Shown here piece by piece: positions 41,192 to 56,346 of a stretch of DNA of 64,000 nucleotides (positions are counted from its first letter, which is position 1; each line of letters opens with the position of its first letter). A model generated the notes under the pieces. That model saw only the letters and a program-made list of their open reading frames with translations. It was not told the origin of the DNA and made no database searches. The stretch lies in contig OX597836.1 in the NCBI GenBank assembly GCA_951406725.2, positions 18,786,001 through 18,850,000 on the forward strand, written 5' to 3'. Source of the stretch: Octopus vulgaris (Eukaryota). The position numbers and the translations under genes were made by a program.

Positions 41192-41365
41192 AAAATTATA
41201 TACAAACATATCTATCCGATTTTATTGAACGAATGCCGTTCCCCTGATATCACCTTAGCTATGTCACCCCTATTAGGGATCATCGAATTGGCCAGCCGCG
41301 AAGAATACTCGGAAATCCTTATTAACGACATACGATACCTTATGGGGATGTCGAAACCGATTCAG
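41192..41365 (+). CDS. SCYL2: SCYL2-like exon (KIIYKHIYPILLNECRSPDITLAMSPLLGIIELASREEYSEILINDIRYLMGMSKPIQ), last exon found in the window
   Basis: tttcag acceptor, CAG|gtaagt donor, 174 nt. Aligns by eye to SCYL2 RVIVQRILPCL...EEYVKLILPEL...EPIQ. Confidence 0.87.
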
Positions 41366-41424
41366 GTAAGTGATGTGACTTCATTCGATAGATCAAAAGT
41401 TCTTAGGAGGTTTTACCTATAAAG

Positions 41425-41830
41425 TTGTACGGTTTTACCTAATGCGCCCACAATGATAGGAATTGTTTCTGTTTTTAGATTCCACATTCGAGTTACCTCT
41501 ATCTTCAGGTCTTTGTTTTTTGAAATTTTCTTCATTTCTTTTAAAGAAACGTTGTCATCTGCTGGTATTGATACGTCAATTAGAAAGCATTTTTTCTTCA
41601 TGATCTATGACAACTATATCTGGCCCATTGGCATTAATTTCTCTATCTGTGTGTATTGTCATATCCCAGAGTATGGTTGCTTTCTCATTTTCTGACTTTT
41701 TCTGGCGTGTGTCTTATACCATTTTTTTTCTGTTGTTATTCCATAGTGTTGGCATACCTTCCAGTGTATGTGGGTCCCAACTGTGAATATACTCCTTCTT
41801 AGCCAGGACTGGGCAGCCAAAGATAACATA
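41425..41830 (-). mobile_element. R4/Dong-like LINE RLE-domain fragment
   Basis: CFLIDVSIPADDNVSLKE...KDLKIEVTRMWNLKTETIPIIVGALG. Confidence 0.75.
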
Positions 41831-42040
41831 TGAAGATAGTCTTCTTCAGCTAGATTTACCTGGGCAATATTTCAAATGTTGCTACATCAGGCGAGTATAC
41901 TGGCACTGATATAGCAACATTTGAAATATTGGTTCGCTGCCTACACATATCTTTGCCAGTATATATACAGTGAAGCTTTACCATAGCGTCGTAAATTTAT
42001 CGACTGCTATTTCCAATAAACATTGGTACCTTGTTGTACC

Positions 42041-42091
<51 letters not shown>

Positions 42092-42831
42092 GGACTTCTT
42101 TCAGTTTCCATCTTCCAAATCCACCCACAAGGCTTTGGTCGGCCCGATGCTATTGTAGAAGATACTTGTACAAGATGCCACACAGTGGCACTGTACCAGG
42201 AACCTTATGTAGGGACCGTCTTCGCCAAAATAACAACAACAGAAACCCCAGCAACCACAATATCAACAAAACGACAAGCAAGACGAGCATTACATGGTGC
42301 GCAGACGCACTAAAAACCCCCAACAGAAGCTCACCACCAACCCCTGCATCATAAGATATACGATATTAGATGAGACATCTCTGTCGACTCTTAGATGGGA
42401 AAACTTATCTTCTAATAAATACCCCAGTGACACAGTGACGCACTGTCATGGCGTAGTCATCAATTTTCGGACACATTTTTCGCCAGGCCGCCATTTTAAA
42501 TTATTTCTGCAATGTTAACTGAAACTATAAGCGCGTATATTAGTCCTCTAGAAAGTTCTTTGATCTTTAGTCTAATAATAATCATATTATCTCTTTAATC
42601 TAAATAGCACGATGCGTGTCGGGTTGTCTTGATGGAGTGTTGGTGTGGAGAGTGGAGAAGATGGGGAATAAATAGTTATTTCCATATGGGTGTGTATCTA
42701 TGTGCTGTTTCTCTCTCCCCATCTATATACATACATATGTATGATTATAACGAGAGAGAAACAGTGAAAGAGAAGACAGAGGGAGATTGATAAATAGATG
42801 CATTAACAGATAGATAGATAGATAAACAGAC

Positions 42832-42916
<85 letters not shown>

Positions 42917-43113
42917 TTTAGGTATATATATAAATACAAAGGTATATGTATTTTTATATTATATTTATATATATATATATATATACGTATGTATATATAT
43001 ATGTTTCTATATATATGTATTTATATATGTGCGTATATATATGTGTGTGTATGTGTATATATGTATATATGTATATATATGTAATCATATGCATGTATGT
43101 ATGTATATATATA

Positions 43114-43225
<112 letters not shown>

Positions 43226-43462
43226 TACTCTTCTAATATAAGGATAACATTTCCCCCCCTTAAAAATGTATAAGGGGCCAACATATGAAAATACATTTTA
43301 AGGTGGAATAGGGATCACCGCGCAATGACTAAGAAAAATAGTCTAATAACGGGGCATATAAACCCTCGACAGAAAAATGTAGGTTTTCCCGTACGCATGG
43401 GACTTGAATCCAGTGTTCTTGTTTGTCCCCTCTATGTTTAGCCCCTTGTGAGTAGTAAATAA

Positions 43463-43498
<36 letters not shown>

Positions 43499-44217
43499 GT
43501 GTGTGTGTCTGAGTGTGTCTGTATGTGTGTTTGTATCTATGTTTGTGTATGTGTTTGTATGTGTAAGTGTATCTATGTTTGTGTGTGTGTGTGTGTAATC
43601 AGGAGGCGGGTTATATAAATTAAAGATCAAGCTTTTTACTTAGCAGCAAAATAAACGTCAACCGAACAACAGCGGCAGTAAATTAGCTTCAGGTTGTCAT
43701 CTATGATATATATATTTCTTTTTACGCGTGCATATACCCACTTACACGTGCGTGTATGTGTGTAAACATACGTGTATTATATATATGCACGAGTTTATAT
43801 ATACATATTATATACTGTACATATACATATACAAAGAGAGAAGTGTGTGTGTGTATTTGTATGTGTGTGTAACAAGGTTTTGTATCGTATTATTTAAATC
43901 TTATCTCATAAAAAAAAGTGATTTATTTCCCGAACTATGAATAAACTAAAATCCTCCATTACTGGGTTTTAGACAACAACAACAACAACAGCAGCAGCAA
44001 CGACAAGGACGACTGCAACAACAGTAGCAACTAGAAGTGAACCTGAATCCACACGCAAACCGTTAGGAAACATACTTGTGTCTATTAGCTTCTGTTTAAA
44101 TGATTAAATCATATTAACTTAATACATGTTGGATCGACAATACGCAGCCATTTTTGGCGCCACTCAAATGGAATCGTCGTTTAATTCTCTAAGGGACGTG
44201 AAGACAAAATTGTTTTA

Positions 44218-44636
44218 TATATTTCTTTACTACCCACAAGGGGCTAAACACAGAGGGGACAAACAAGGACATGCAAACGGATTAAGTTGATTATATCGAC
44301 CCCAGTGCGTAACTGGTACTTAATTTATCGACCACGAAAAGATGAAAGGCAAAGTCGACGTCGGCGGAATTTGAACCCAGAACGTAACGGCAGACGAAAT
44401 ACCTATTTCTTTACTACCCACAAGGGGCTAAACATAGAGGGGACAAACAAGGACACACAAACGAATTAAGTCGATTATATCGACCCCAGTGCGTAACTGG
44501 TACTTAATTTATCGACCCCGAAAGGATGATAGGCAAAGTTGACCTCGGCGGAATTTGAACTCAGAACGTAACGGCGGACGAAATACGGAAACGCATTTCA
44601 CCCGGCATGCTAACGTTTCTGCCAGCTCGCCGCCTT
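44218..44636 (-). mobile_element. SINE family 1 with tandemly duplicated 3' ~185 bp inside one TSD
   Basis: TSD TGAAGACAAAATTGT at 44199-44213 and 44638-44652. Confidence 0.85.
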
Positions 44637-45189
44637 ATGAAGACAAAATTGTCATATTTACGAGATGTCATATAACTGTCACATGTTACGTGTCCAGGGG
44701 CGACTACTCTTCCTCTCAACGTTGCCAGTCTCTTCAAGCTTTCTTATCTCTTTTATCTTTTATCTTTTACTTTTTTTCATTCAAGAGATTGCGGCCATGC
44801 TGTGGCAAGGCCTTCGAGAATTTTAGTCGAATGAATCGACCCCCACCAGGACTTTTTTTTTAATATGGCATAATTACATCTTTACTGCATAATATTTTTC
44901 TCTCTTTATTCCCTTTTACTTGTATCAGTCATTTGGCTGCGGCCATGCAGGGGCACCACATTGGAAGGGTTAGTCAAACAAATCGACCCCAGTTCTTGAT
45001 AGATCTCTTTTTTCTAAGCTTAATCTATTTGGTCACTTTTTGCCAAAACCGCTACGGGGACGTAAACAAACCAACAGAGATTGTCAAGTGGGCACATGAG
45101 ACATTTAGCAAAAGCTTCCCATAAGATACACGGTCAAACCCGATCGCGAGTGACGGCAAAGCCTTTACACAGACATTTTTTTACATATA

Positions 45190-45223
<34 letters not shown>

Positions 45224-45236
45224 TGCATATATGTAT

Positions 45237-45317
<81 letters not shown>

Positions 45318-45345
45318 CACGCAATGCACACACATGCAGATAGCC

Positions 45346-45433
<88 letters not shown>

Positions 45434-46018
45434 TTTAGAGATGCACCGTCCACATCGCACAAAAAACGTCTCTATTAATAGCTGGCCGTGTAACCTTTAG
45501 TCAAATAACAGAGCCGTCAAGAGTTACGTAAGCAAATGAAACGCCGTCTCTAAATATAAATACCAACCTTTAACCTTAACATTGACAGGCCTAACTTACT
45601 GCCATAATTGCCTCTCCTATTTCTCTTTACTATTAGCCTTTGTTGTTTCTGTTGCTTCGTATCTTGTTGAAGTAGCGTATTACTGAAATAGAAATTAATA
45701 AAGGAATATGAAATGTTTTGAATAAAAATTATAAAAATCTCAAACGCAAAGAATTTTTGAAAGAGACGTAGTCTGTACATGTATGCATTTGTTTTTGTGA
45801 ATATAATCCGATGTTAATACATATATACGGAGAGAGAGAGAGACAGAGAGATGTATATGTATATAATTATAAGGGTATACATTTGAATAAAGGTTGTATA
45901 TTTATATAAATGTATATTGATATGTATATATACGCGTGTATATATATATGCTTACATATATGCATATACACATGGATACATATATAGATACTTGTAAACC
46001 CATATACACACATATACA

Positions 46019-46061
<43 letters not shown>

Positions 46062-46614
46062 GTATATATATATATATATATATATATACGTACTCATATA
46101 TATATATATATATATATACGTACACACACATATATATATATATATATGTACACATGCATACGTTATTGTGCGTCTATTCCTGTGCGTGTATTGCTGTGTG
46201 TGTGTATGTCTGTGTGTGCATGTGTGTGTGTAAGATGTTCTGTATGTGCGATCGTGCAAATATATAAATTGCACTAATAAAAACAATGTTAAATAGAACC
46301 CTTTCGTAATGACGTTTGACATTTGCACAAACTACAAAGTCTAATCCGCCATTTTGTTCCTTCATTAAAATAATTATTTTATACCTTTGCATGCATGTCT
46401 ATCAACTATGTCCTCATTATGTTTCTATGTTAACGAAACAGAGACGGAGACGTTTCTAATTAAGAGACAAGCTTCTCTTATTAGTATTCGTCATCAAACA
46501 TTGGAATTTAATCTAATATTGTCATTATGAATCTTCCTTCATAATAGTTTACACTGTTTGCTTTACATGACTCATAATCTCTGGTTTGCAACGTATCAAC
46601 ATTTTACGTTCCGG

Positions 46615-47045
46615 TACGAAATATGCGACGCCATGTTTCTTTATTTGTTAACATTGCACTAAGTCGTTGCATCGTACAACAGCACTTTTAACCTGTTACG
46701 AAGCAGTAACCCTAAAAAATATGTGATTAACCCTTGCTACAAAAAATATGCAACGCCATTTTTTTATCTAACCTTACACTCAGTCGTTACTCCACACTAC
46801 AGAGTCTTTAGCCCTATTACGAAGCATTATGTAATAACATTTGCTACAAAAAATGCAATGCCATATTTTTTATCGGTTAACCTTGTATTAATTCGTTGCA
46901 TCATATTAATCCTATTGCGAAGCATTAACCCGAAAAATAACGCAAAATACACAACGCTATGTTTTTATCTGTTAACCTTACATTAAGTCGTTGCGTTGTA
47001 CTAAAAAGCTTTTAGCCATATTTGAAAGTACTTGTCCTAAAAATA
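46615..47045. repeat. Degenerate ~95-125-bp tandem repeat, about 4 units
   Basis: Recurrent AAATATGCAACGCCAT..TTTAT..TAACCTT.CA.TAAGTCGTTGC at ~46619, 46744, 46851, 46944. Confidence 0.75.
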
Positions 47046-47458
47046 TATAATTAGCAAGAGCTACAAAGCCTAGAATGTTTAGCTTATCTTTTGACACATG
47101 CAATTTCACTTCAGTTTCTTCTCCTATCAGCTGTTAAAGTACCAGTCCAGTGAATGTGTATACTTATGCAGCAAGGGGCAGTTATGTGTACACATCTCCA
47201 TTATAAAACAATTCTATTTCTCGTTTTTTTTTCCAATAGGCGAAAGCATTGCTGTGTGGTTGAGAAGTTCGCTTTCCAACCACGTGGTTTCCTGAGTAAA
47301 TTTAGTAGACAAATAACACGCAGAGACTAACGACATAAGCCATGGTAACGCATATATGTGTATGTGTGTGTGCATGTGCGTTTATATATATACATACATA
47401 TACATATATACATATACATATATATACGTTATATATATATATATATATATACACAGAA

Positions 47459-47521
<63 letters not shown>

Positions 47522-47610
47522 GGGAAAGTTTACGAAAATAAACAAAAGACGAAGGCAGGTGGAGTACAAACAAACAAATGTATTAGTATAGTGCTCAGGA
47601 ATAGAAAAAG

Positions 47611-47648
47611 TCTTTTACGTTTCGAGCCTACGCTCTTCGACAGAAAGA
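47611..47648 (-). ncRNA. Minimal hammerhead-like motif, CUGUNGA-A family
   Basis: Minus strand: TCTTT-CTGTCGA-A-GAGC gtag GCTC-GAAA-CG-TA-AAAGA. 5-bp stem I. Confidence 0.63.
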
Positions 47649-48870
47649 TACACAGAAAAAAACAAGGAGAGAAAAAAAATGCGTGTAGGAGCTAACACAT
47701 ATATACACATATATATATACACGCGCATAGGTGCATACATGTGTGTGTGTGTGCTTGTGCGTGTGTGTGTGTGTGTATGTCTGCCTGTGTGCCTATTTTT
47801 GTGTGTCTGTGTTGTCATATATGCACATACACACACACACACACACACACTTCAATGCATGGCTTCGTTTGTTTACATCACTGTCAACTAGCACTGCGGC
47901 AACATATACCTATTTCTTTACTACCCACAAGGGGCTATATCGACCCCAGTGCGTAACTGGTACTTATTTAATCGACGCCGAAAGGATGAAAGGCAAAGTC
48001 GACCTCGGCGGAATTTGAACTCAGAACGTAACGGCAGACAAAATACCTATTTCTTTATTACCCACAAGGGGCTAAACACAGAGAGGACAAACAAGGACAA
48101 ACATAGGTATTAAGTCGATTACATCGACCCCAGTGCGTAACTGGTACTTAATTTATCGACCCCGAAAGGATGAAAGGTAAAGTCGACCTCGCCGGAATTT
48201 GAACTCAGAACGTAACGGCAGACGAAATATCGCTAAGCATTTCGCCCGGCGTGCTAACCTTTCTGCCAGCTCGACGCCAATGATACCGATAGAAGAAGTA
48301 GCAGTCTTTAGAAGGAGAAATAAATAGTATGTGGGTTGGGGACAATTTGCTCCACTAGACCCTTCAACTTTAAAAACAGTGCTGTATCATGGCCGCAATC
48401 CAATGACTGAAACTAATAAAACATAAAAGACAAAAGATGCCGATGGGGGACGGCCCTATTAACCGGTGTATCCAAACTCTGCTAGGATCCAGTTCATGGT
48501 TCAATTCCTTGGTATGAGTTCAACGATTCTGATCATATTCCTGGATCTGAACCGATTCCTGTCGTTAAACAAGTCTTCGTTTGCAGCATGATCCCTCTTT
48601 AATGCACAGCTATATATATTTTTTTCCTTCTCTTACACGAAATTTGCAAAATATTCTCATATTCTTGTTATCAAATACATTACATACAGCGATGTCATAA
48701 ATACAGCTAAACGCATCGATCGGTCGCCATACATTTAGCTGTCACAGCAGCTTTCTCTCGTTTTCTTCTTCTGACCACCATATACATACATACATACATA
48801 CATACATACATACATACATACATACATACATACATACATACATACATACATACATGCATGCATACAATTC

Positions 48871-48905
<35 letters not shown>

Positions 48906-48931
48906 CAAACATACAAATATATGTATACATA

Positions 48932-48993
<62 letters not shown>

Positions 48994-49189
48994 TATTTAT
49001 ATGATATATACAATATATTTTATATATATTATATATGTATATCATAATATATAAATATATCATAGGATATATATAGATATATAAATATATGTATGTATTT
49101 AAATGTACATATAGATATTTATATATATTTGTAATATATATTGTATGTCTGTGTGTGTAGTCAGAGAAAGCATATATATACACACACAC

Positions 49190-49284
<95 letters not shown>

Positions 49285-49559
49285 TATATGTGTGTGTGTG
49301 TGTATATATATGCATACATACATGCATACATACACGCACGCCCGCGCAGAAGCATAGTGGGGAGAGGGAGAAAAGAAAGGGAGGTGGTACTTATTGTGTG
49401 ATGTCATTCTTTATAAGAAGATAAAGCCCACCTGACAATTTACAACAGATGATTGTTAAGAACATAAGCGGACTCATTCTTTTTGAACATCACACAACTG
49501 TCATGTATCATCACGACGTCATATGATGCACGCGCACGAAGCACACACACACACACACG

Positions 49560-49611
<52 letters not shown>

Positions 49612-49677
49612 AACACGCACAAGCGCACACACGTACACATGCACATACACACATAAACGTGTGCCTGCTCATATATA

Positions 49678-49732
<55 letters not shown>

Positions 49733-49798
49733 CTTTCTTCACACATATACACACACTAAACACATATGCATATACATATAATATAGATATATTGCCTG

Positions 49799-49843
<45 letters not shown>

Positions 49844-50115
49844 GGGATATCTAAAAATTTTATATGCTCAGCTACCAAACAATATGGCTGCTAGCAGATT
49901 CCATAAAAACAGATGCAGCTTTGTGAGGTTTTTGGGGGGTTTATATATGTGTATATATATAAATGTGTATGCATGTGTGTGTGTGCGTGTGTGCGTGTAT
50001 GCGTGTGTGTGTGAGTAAATATATATATATACATGTGTGTGTGTGTGTGTGTGAATGTGAGTGTTTGTGTAGAGAGAGATATATATATGTATACATGCAT
50101 GTATATATACATATA

Positions 50116-50157
<42 letters not shown>

Positions 50158-50243
50158 TATATATTATATATGCATATATATTATATATATTATATATACC
50201 TATATGTATCCAATATATATATTAATATCAATTTTATATATAC

Positions 50244-50348
<105 letters not shown>

Positions 50349-50630
50349 TAGCTTCATACAACTGGGTAAATTTTACACATACACACACACACACATACAC
50401 GCGGGCGAAGTGTTTGAGTGTGTGACTGTGTGTTCATAAATAACAGTTCTGCATGAAATAAATGGGTTGGAAACCACAAATGCGTTATGGAATCTGTCGG
50501 TAGCCATATTGTTTTTTTTTTGTTTTTTTTTCTTTTAGCATAGAACTTTTTCATATACCCAAAGCAATAATGTGTGTGTGCGTATGTGTTTGTGTGAGTA
50601 TGATTTGTGTGTGCGTGTTTTCGTGTGAAC

Positions 50631-50686
<56 letters not shown>

Positions 50687-50907
50687 ACACGCGCTTTGTG
50701 TACATTATGTATATTTTCATGTGTGTCTGTATGCGTGCAACCGTCTGTGACTTGTTACTGTGTGTAAATGATTGTTTGTTTCTTTAAGAACGTATTTCTC
50801 TATCGAAATATAGTTTGTCATGTCACAATACACACACACACACATACACACATACACACACACACATACACACATACACACACACACACACACACACTCA
50901 TATATCG

Positions 50908-51004
50908 TAGGGAGTGTATATACATATATTCTATATGTACTAATAAGTGCGTACATGCTTGTATGTGTGCATATGGTTGTATTTATATATTTATGTGCTT
51001 GTGT

Positions 51005-51055
<51 letters not shown>

Positions 51056-51202
51056 CTGTATGAATCGATATGATTCACCAAGGGTAGGGTTCATTACTAC
51101 ATAATTATTGCTAGGGAGTGTATATACATATATTCTATATGTGCTAATAAGTGCGTACATGCTTATATGTGTGCATATGGTTGTATTTATATATTCATGT
51201 GC

Positions 51203-51265
<63 letters not shown>

Positions 51266-51330
51266 TGTGTGTTCTGTATGAATCGATATGATTCACCAAG
51301 GGTAGGGTTCATTACTACATAATTATTGCT
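50908..51330. repeat. Recent tandem duplication, 2 x ~205-220 bp
   Basis: TAGGGAGTGTATATAC...CATAATTATTGCT occurs twice, with different internal (TG)n lengths. Confidence 0.85.
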
Positions 51331-52050
51331 GTTTAATCTGATCAGTTAAGCTTTAGCAAGCATAACTGTGATCAAACGTCATTCCAGCCGTGGTAATCGC
51401 ACCATTTTCCTTCGAGACATCCAATACTTAAATTGAACTTCCCTCTCGAGAAATCAGTCTCCTCCTTCCTGGACAAAACGCCAGTCCATTACAAAAGTGA
51501 ATTCCTTGATTTTTGTTCGTATACATTTGCAGCCGAATGTACTGGAGCAGCGTAGTGCTCAAGAATACTATTCACTCCCAGTTTCAGGAATCGAACCGGT
51601 AATCTTACGATCATGAGTCCAATATCATAATCACGGTATTTGAGACAACACATTAACCAACGTGTCTTCCGCTTATTTCTTTCTTTTTTTTTAAATTTTT
51701 ACGTTAGATCTAAGGTGTAGGATGAGAAAGACTTGGCTGTTGCTTCTAGCATGTCCCGCGACCATACGCAGACTCGATTGCTGCTTCGTACAACCATGCA
51801 TTGTCGTCCTTGTTGCTTTTTAAACACGTGCCATTCCTCATCGCGCAAACTTATTTTCAAAGACACAGTTGAGGTTGTCTAAGGCACAACTAATGAACAT
51901 ATTCCATTATATTAAAGATGTTTGTTATGGTTTTTGCATCCTTCTATAGTTATTGAATGCATGTAAATTTATACACATGCATGTGTATCTATATATATTT
52001 ATATAGATAAACAGAAATATATATATATATAAATACATATATATATATAT

Positions 52051-52409
52051 ATCGCTATGGGCTCCGTGTGGGCAGTCATCTAAAAGTTTTTGTGCATCTT
52101 GATGCTGACATAAGTTCCTTACTTTTCCTGATGAGAAGGCGGCATAATGCACCCCTTATTCCTTCGAAATTGAGGAATATGCAGCCTTCGAAACATATGT
52201 CGAAAATAAAATAAAGGAATTTTGTTAATTCGTCGTTCAACTCCATTCTTTCATTTATTTGTATTTAAAAAAAACACACAAATTTCCACACGTTAACACG
52301 TGATCTCTGCCCTAGGCATGTAGCTTCAACCGTGTTTTTCTGACGTGAATTTGCTACCCAGGTATCGGTTAACCGAATTATCCATAATAAGATAATTCAT
52401 TCAACTACT

Positions 52410-52411
<2 letters not shown>
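52051..52411 (+). mobile_element. ~360-bp HHR-bearing element, copy B
   Basis: Colinear homology with copy A over its full length. (TA)n on both sides. Confidence 0.75.
52123..52206 (+). ncRNA. Type I hammerhead ribozyme, best-preserved copy
   Basis: TTTTC(52123)-CTGATGA(52128)-GAAGGC...GCCTTC-GAAA(52190)-CATATG-TC(52201)-GAAAA. Perfect stems I and II, palindromic stem III, GUC site. Stem I can extend via TTCCTT/AAGGAA. Confidence 0.85.
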
Positions 52412-52461
<50 letters not shown>

Positions 52462-52464
52462 ATG

Positions 52465-52547
<83 letters not shown>

Positions 52548-53006
52548 GCTTTCCGCAGTTATGTGTAATGAGATTTTGAGTGGGTACATCTGATTTCCGC
52601 AGTAAAAGGATTAAACTGACGTTTCTCTACGTTCATTAGTTTATGTTATAACAATTACAAAAAACAAAAAGAGAAAATTACAGCAAAATGTGTGAAACAG
52701 AAGCCACACTAGCTGGAAACCACGTTGCAGACATGGCTTTCTATATGCACAGCACCATGGCGCTTGCTATTATGTATTGTCTAGTTATATTATTTATAGA
52801 CAGCCGAAGGATATATAAATGTCGATAGTAAAACAGTATCCGTCTGTTATTCAGTATTAAAGGTTTGGTCGCTGTTCTAACTTGCCGCTATTTTTCACTT
52901 CACTGCGTCTGCTTTTATCCTTAATGGGGATCATGCTTCGATGTATCTTTGCTCTGTATCTGTATGTGTATATGTGTATATATCAGTATGTGCATATATG
53001 TTTGCA

Positions 53007-53083
<77 letters not shown>

Positions 53084-53140
53084 ATATATATACATGTATA
53101 TATATGTAATACACATACATATATACACATAAAGATAGAC

Positions 53141-53191
<51 letters not shown>

Positions 53192-53599
53192 GTGACTTAT
53201 ATAGATAGGTAGTAAGAGAGATAGATAATCAGAGAGATACACAGACAGACAGACTGAAACAGAAGCACAGAATCGTACACACATATATACATACTATATA
53301 CATACATACATTCATAAAACATCCTACATGCATACATACGTACGTATGTCCAGATGCATAGATGCTCCATACATACATGTATAGATACACATTTAATATA
53401 CATATATACTACATATATATAGATTCGTACACATATACTACATGCAACATGTATGTATATATAAGTATGATAATGCATGTACTAAATATCTTTGTACATG
53501 CATGTATATGTGCAATATGCATAAGTATGTGTAGATGTAACACCATTACACACTAAGTATATATATATATATGACATTTTCGGACAACTGCTATGCATG

Positions 53600-53632
<33 letters not shown>

Positions 53633-55545
53633 ATATATACATATATATATATGCATACATACATACATACATACATACATACATACATACATACATACAT
53701 ACATACATACATACATACATACATACAAAAATACCCAGATGCTGATGTTGAAATTCCAATGAAGGAGTCTTGGAATTAGATTAGAAACCGACTCTTTCTC
53801 TGTTGGCAAGAAATCTTGAAATAAAACTGAACAATGGCATACATGCATACATACATACATATGCAACGCTACATATACACACAAACACACGCGCACACAC
53901 ACACACACACACATATTTGATTTTGATTTTCCAGTTTCAGCTAATGAGCTGTGGCCATGCTGGGGCACCGCCATATATATATATAAACAAATATTTGCAA
54001 GTATACATATAGATACACAACATACGTACATTTTATATACCCACGCACAAATACAACATTACATGCATATACGCATGCATGCATACACCCATACATGCAT
54101 ACGCAAATACATACACACAAATACATGCATACACCCATACATAAACACATACATACATACATACATACATACATACATACATACATACATACGCACACAT
54201 ACATACATACATACATACATACATACATACATACATACATACATACATACATACATACATACATACATACATACATACATACTCTAAGGATTATGTAGAT
54301 GGTTTGGAATTTAACACTAGCAGCAGAAATAATCAACTAGCTGAGCATTAAGCGAAGCATGTTGGCTCATTGGTATTGTTCTGTAAGAGATAATACTTGC
54401 TACTAATTCCGTATCGTCGTTTGCAATATGTCGGCCGTGATCACAATTTGACACTGAAGTATTGTGGAACAGCGAAAACGAGGCAAGCGGGAATACAGAT
54501 TACCATAATTCTGCCGTTATAAGAGTGGAGCTTTGTACGTTCTGTGTATAGCTAAAGTATAGTCCGCGCTTGTGTATGTATGTGTGTGAGGGAGTATGTA
54601 TGTGTGTGTGTATGTATGTATGTATGTATGTGTATGTATGTATGTATATGTATGTGTGTGAGGGAGTATGTGCCTTTATGTGGAGCCTGTGTCTCTTTGG
54701 TGTGCATGTGTGTGTGCCTGTGTATGTGTTGTGTTTAAGAAGTATTAGATGCATGAGTGTGTCTGTGTGTATGTAGGTAGATGTATGAAGATATGTCTCT
54801 GTGTGTGTTTGTGAATGTGTGTGTGTGTGAATGTTTGTGTGCATGTACGTGCTTGTATGTAAGTGTTTGTATGAATGTATCTTTTAGAGCGTGTACGTGC
54901 GCATCTGTGTATGTATGTGCGTGTGTATGCGTATCTGTGTATCTCTGCTGTAAGCTTGTGACTACTACGGTTTGCATGTGCATGTGTGAACTTGTGTGTA
55001 TTTATGTGTATGTGGAAATCACAGCATGAATATGCATGTGTGTGTGCATGCGTACGTGTGTGTGTGTGTGTGCGTGCGTGTTATATCTTAGTTGTGTAAC
55101 GTGAAATATTGGCGAAGTCTTGGTGGAGTGTAGAGAAGGTAGGAACCATGAGGTTGAAAATGGGCCTGGTGCTTATTGTCTTGGCGGGAGGCAGCGATGA
55201 TGGTGACGGTGGTGGTGTTGGCAAAATTGGTGGTTGCGGTGATGCTAGTGGTGGCGGGGGGGGGTCGTCGTCGTCGTTGTTACCGCCATGATGATTTTGT
55301 CATCAGTGTGTAATTATTACGGACGAACAGTTTCCATTGGTGGCGTCGATTTTGTCAATGCGTTGGCGTGGTTAATGACGCTGGGATTATGATGATGATG
55401 ATGATGGGATTATGATGATGATGGTGATGATGATGATGGTGTGGAGAGGATAATGATGATGACGACGCCGGCGATGATTATGACGGTGAGATGATCATGA
55501 TCATGGTCATGATGAAAATAATGATGATAGTAATGATCATGATGG

Positions 55546-55585
<40 letters not shown>

Positions 55586-55604
55586 CCTCATGATGATGAT
55601 CCTC

Positions 55605-55644
<40 letters not shown>

Positions 55645-56312
55645 CGACGACGACGACGACAGGTGATGTAGTGGCGGTAATGGCAACGTCATTATCTTAA
55701 ATGACTTGGAAATCTTAATAAAGGCAAACTGGCTGAATGGAGTTTTGGTCAGTTTTCAGACAGAGGTCGCACAGAGGTCATACAGAGTTCACGGACAGGT
55801 CAAGCTCTCTGACAGACGCCATATTTTCTTTAAATACGCACGCACACACGCAGACACTCAATCACACACACACATGCATTCGCATGCATACATACATACA
55901 CACTCACACATTCATACACACATATGTGCATACACACAAGCATACGCATTTACATCTATCCATACGTACATGCATACATAGATATACACTTACATACACT
56001 TACATAAACTTATGTAAAACAAGACGCACACATACAAGCACACATACACACTTACATCCACACATACATGCACAAACATACATACACCACAAACGTACAT
56101 ATTTTCATATATATACACATTAGACCATCAGCGCAACTCTCACCCGATCCACCACTACTAGGAGCACTTAAAAATATCATCATCACCACTCACTACTACC
56201 GCCACAACAACCACCACTACCACATCGACCACTAGCAATACCATCACTACCATCAACAAAAACTGTCACGTTGTCGGCACCATTCCCACAAATTCTATCA
56301 CCGCCACAACTA

Positions 56313-56346
<34 letters not shown>

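Noticed and set aside
46448-46500. Minus-strand TTGATGA...hairpin...GAAACGTC
   Set aside because: C3 is missing, several extra nucleotides precede stem II, and stem I does not pair.
46615-47045. CRISPR-like array
   Set aside because: Units are degenerate along their whole length, the context is a eukaryotic intron, and there are no cas genes.
55760-55798. Possible next exon (ttttcag ACAGAG...CAG gtcaag; TEVAQRSYRVHGQ)
   Set aside because: Splice-like ends and 39 nt, but no similarity to the HEAT segment expected after KPIQ; unsupported without RNA data.
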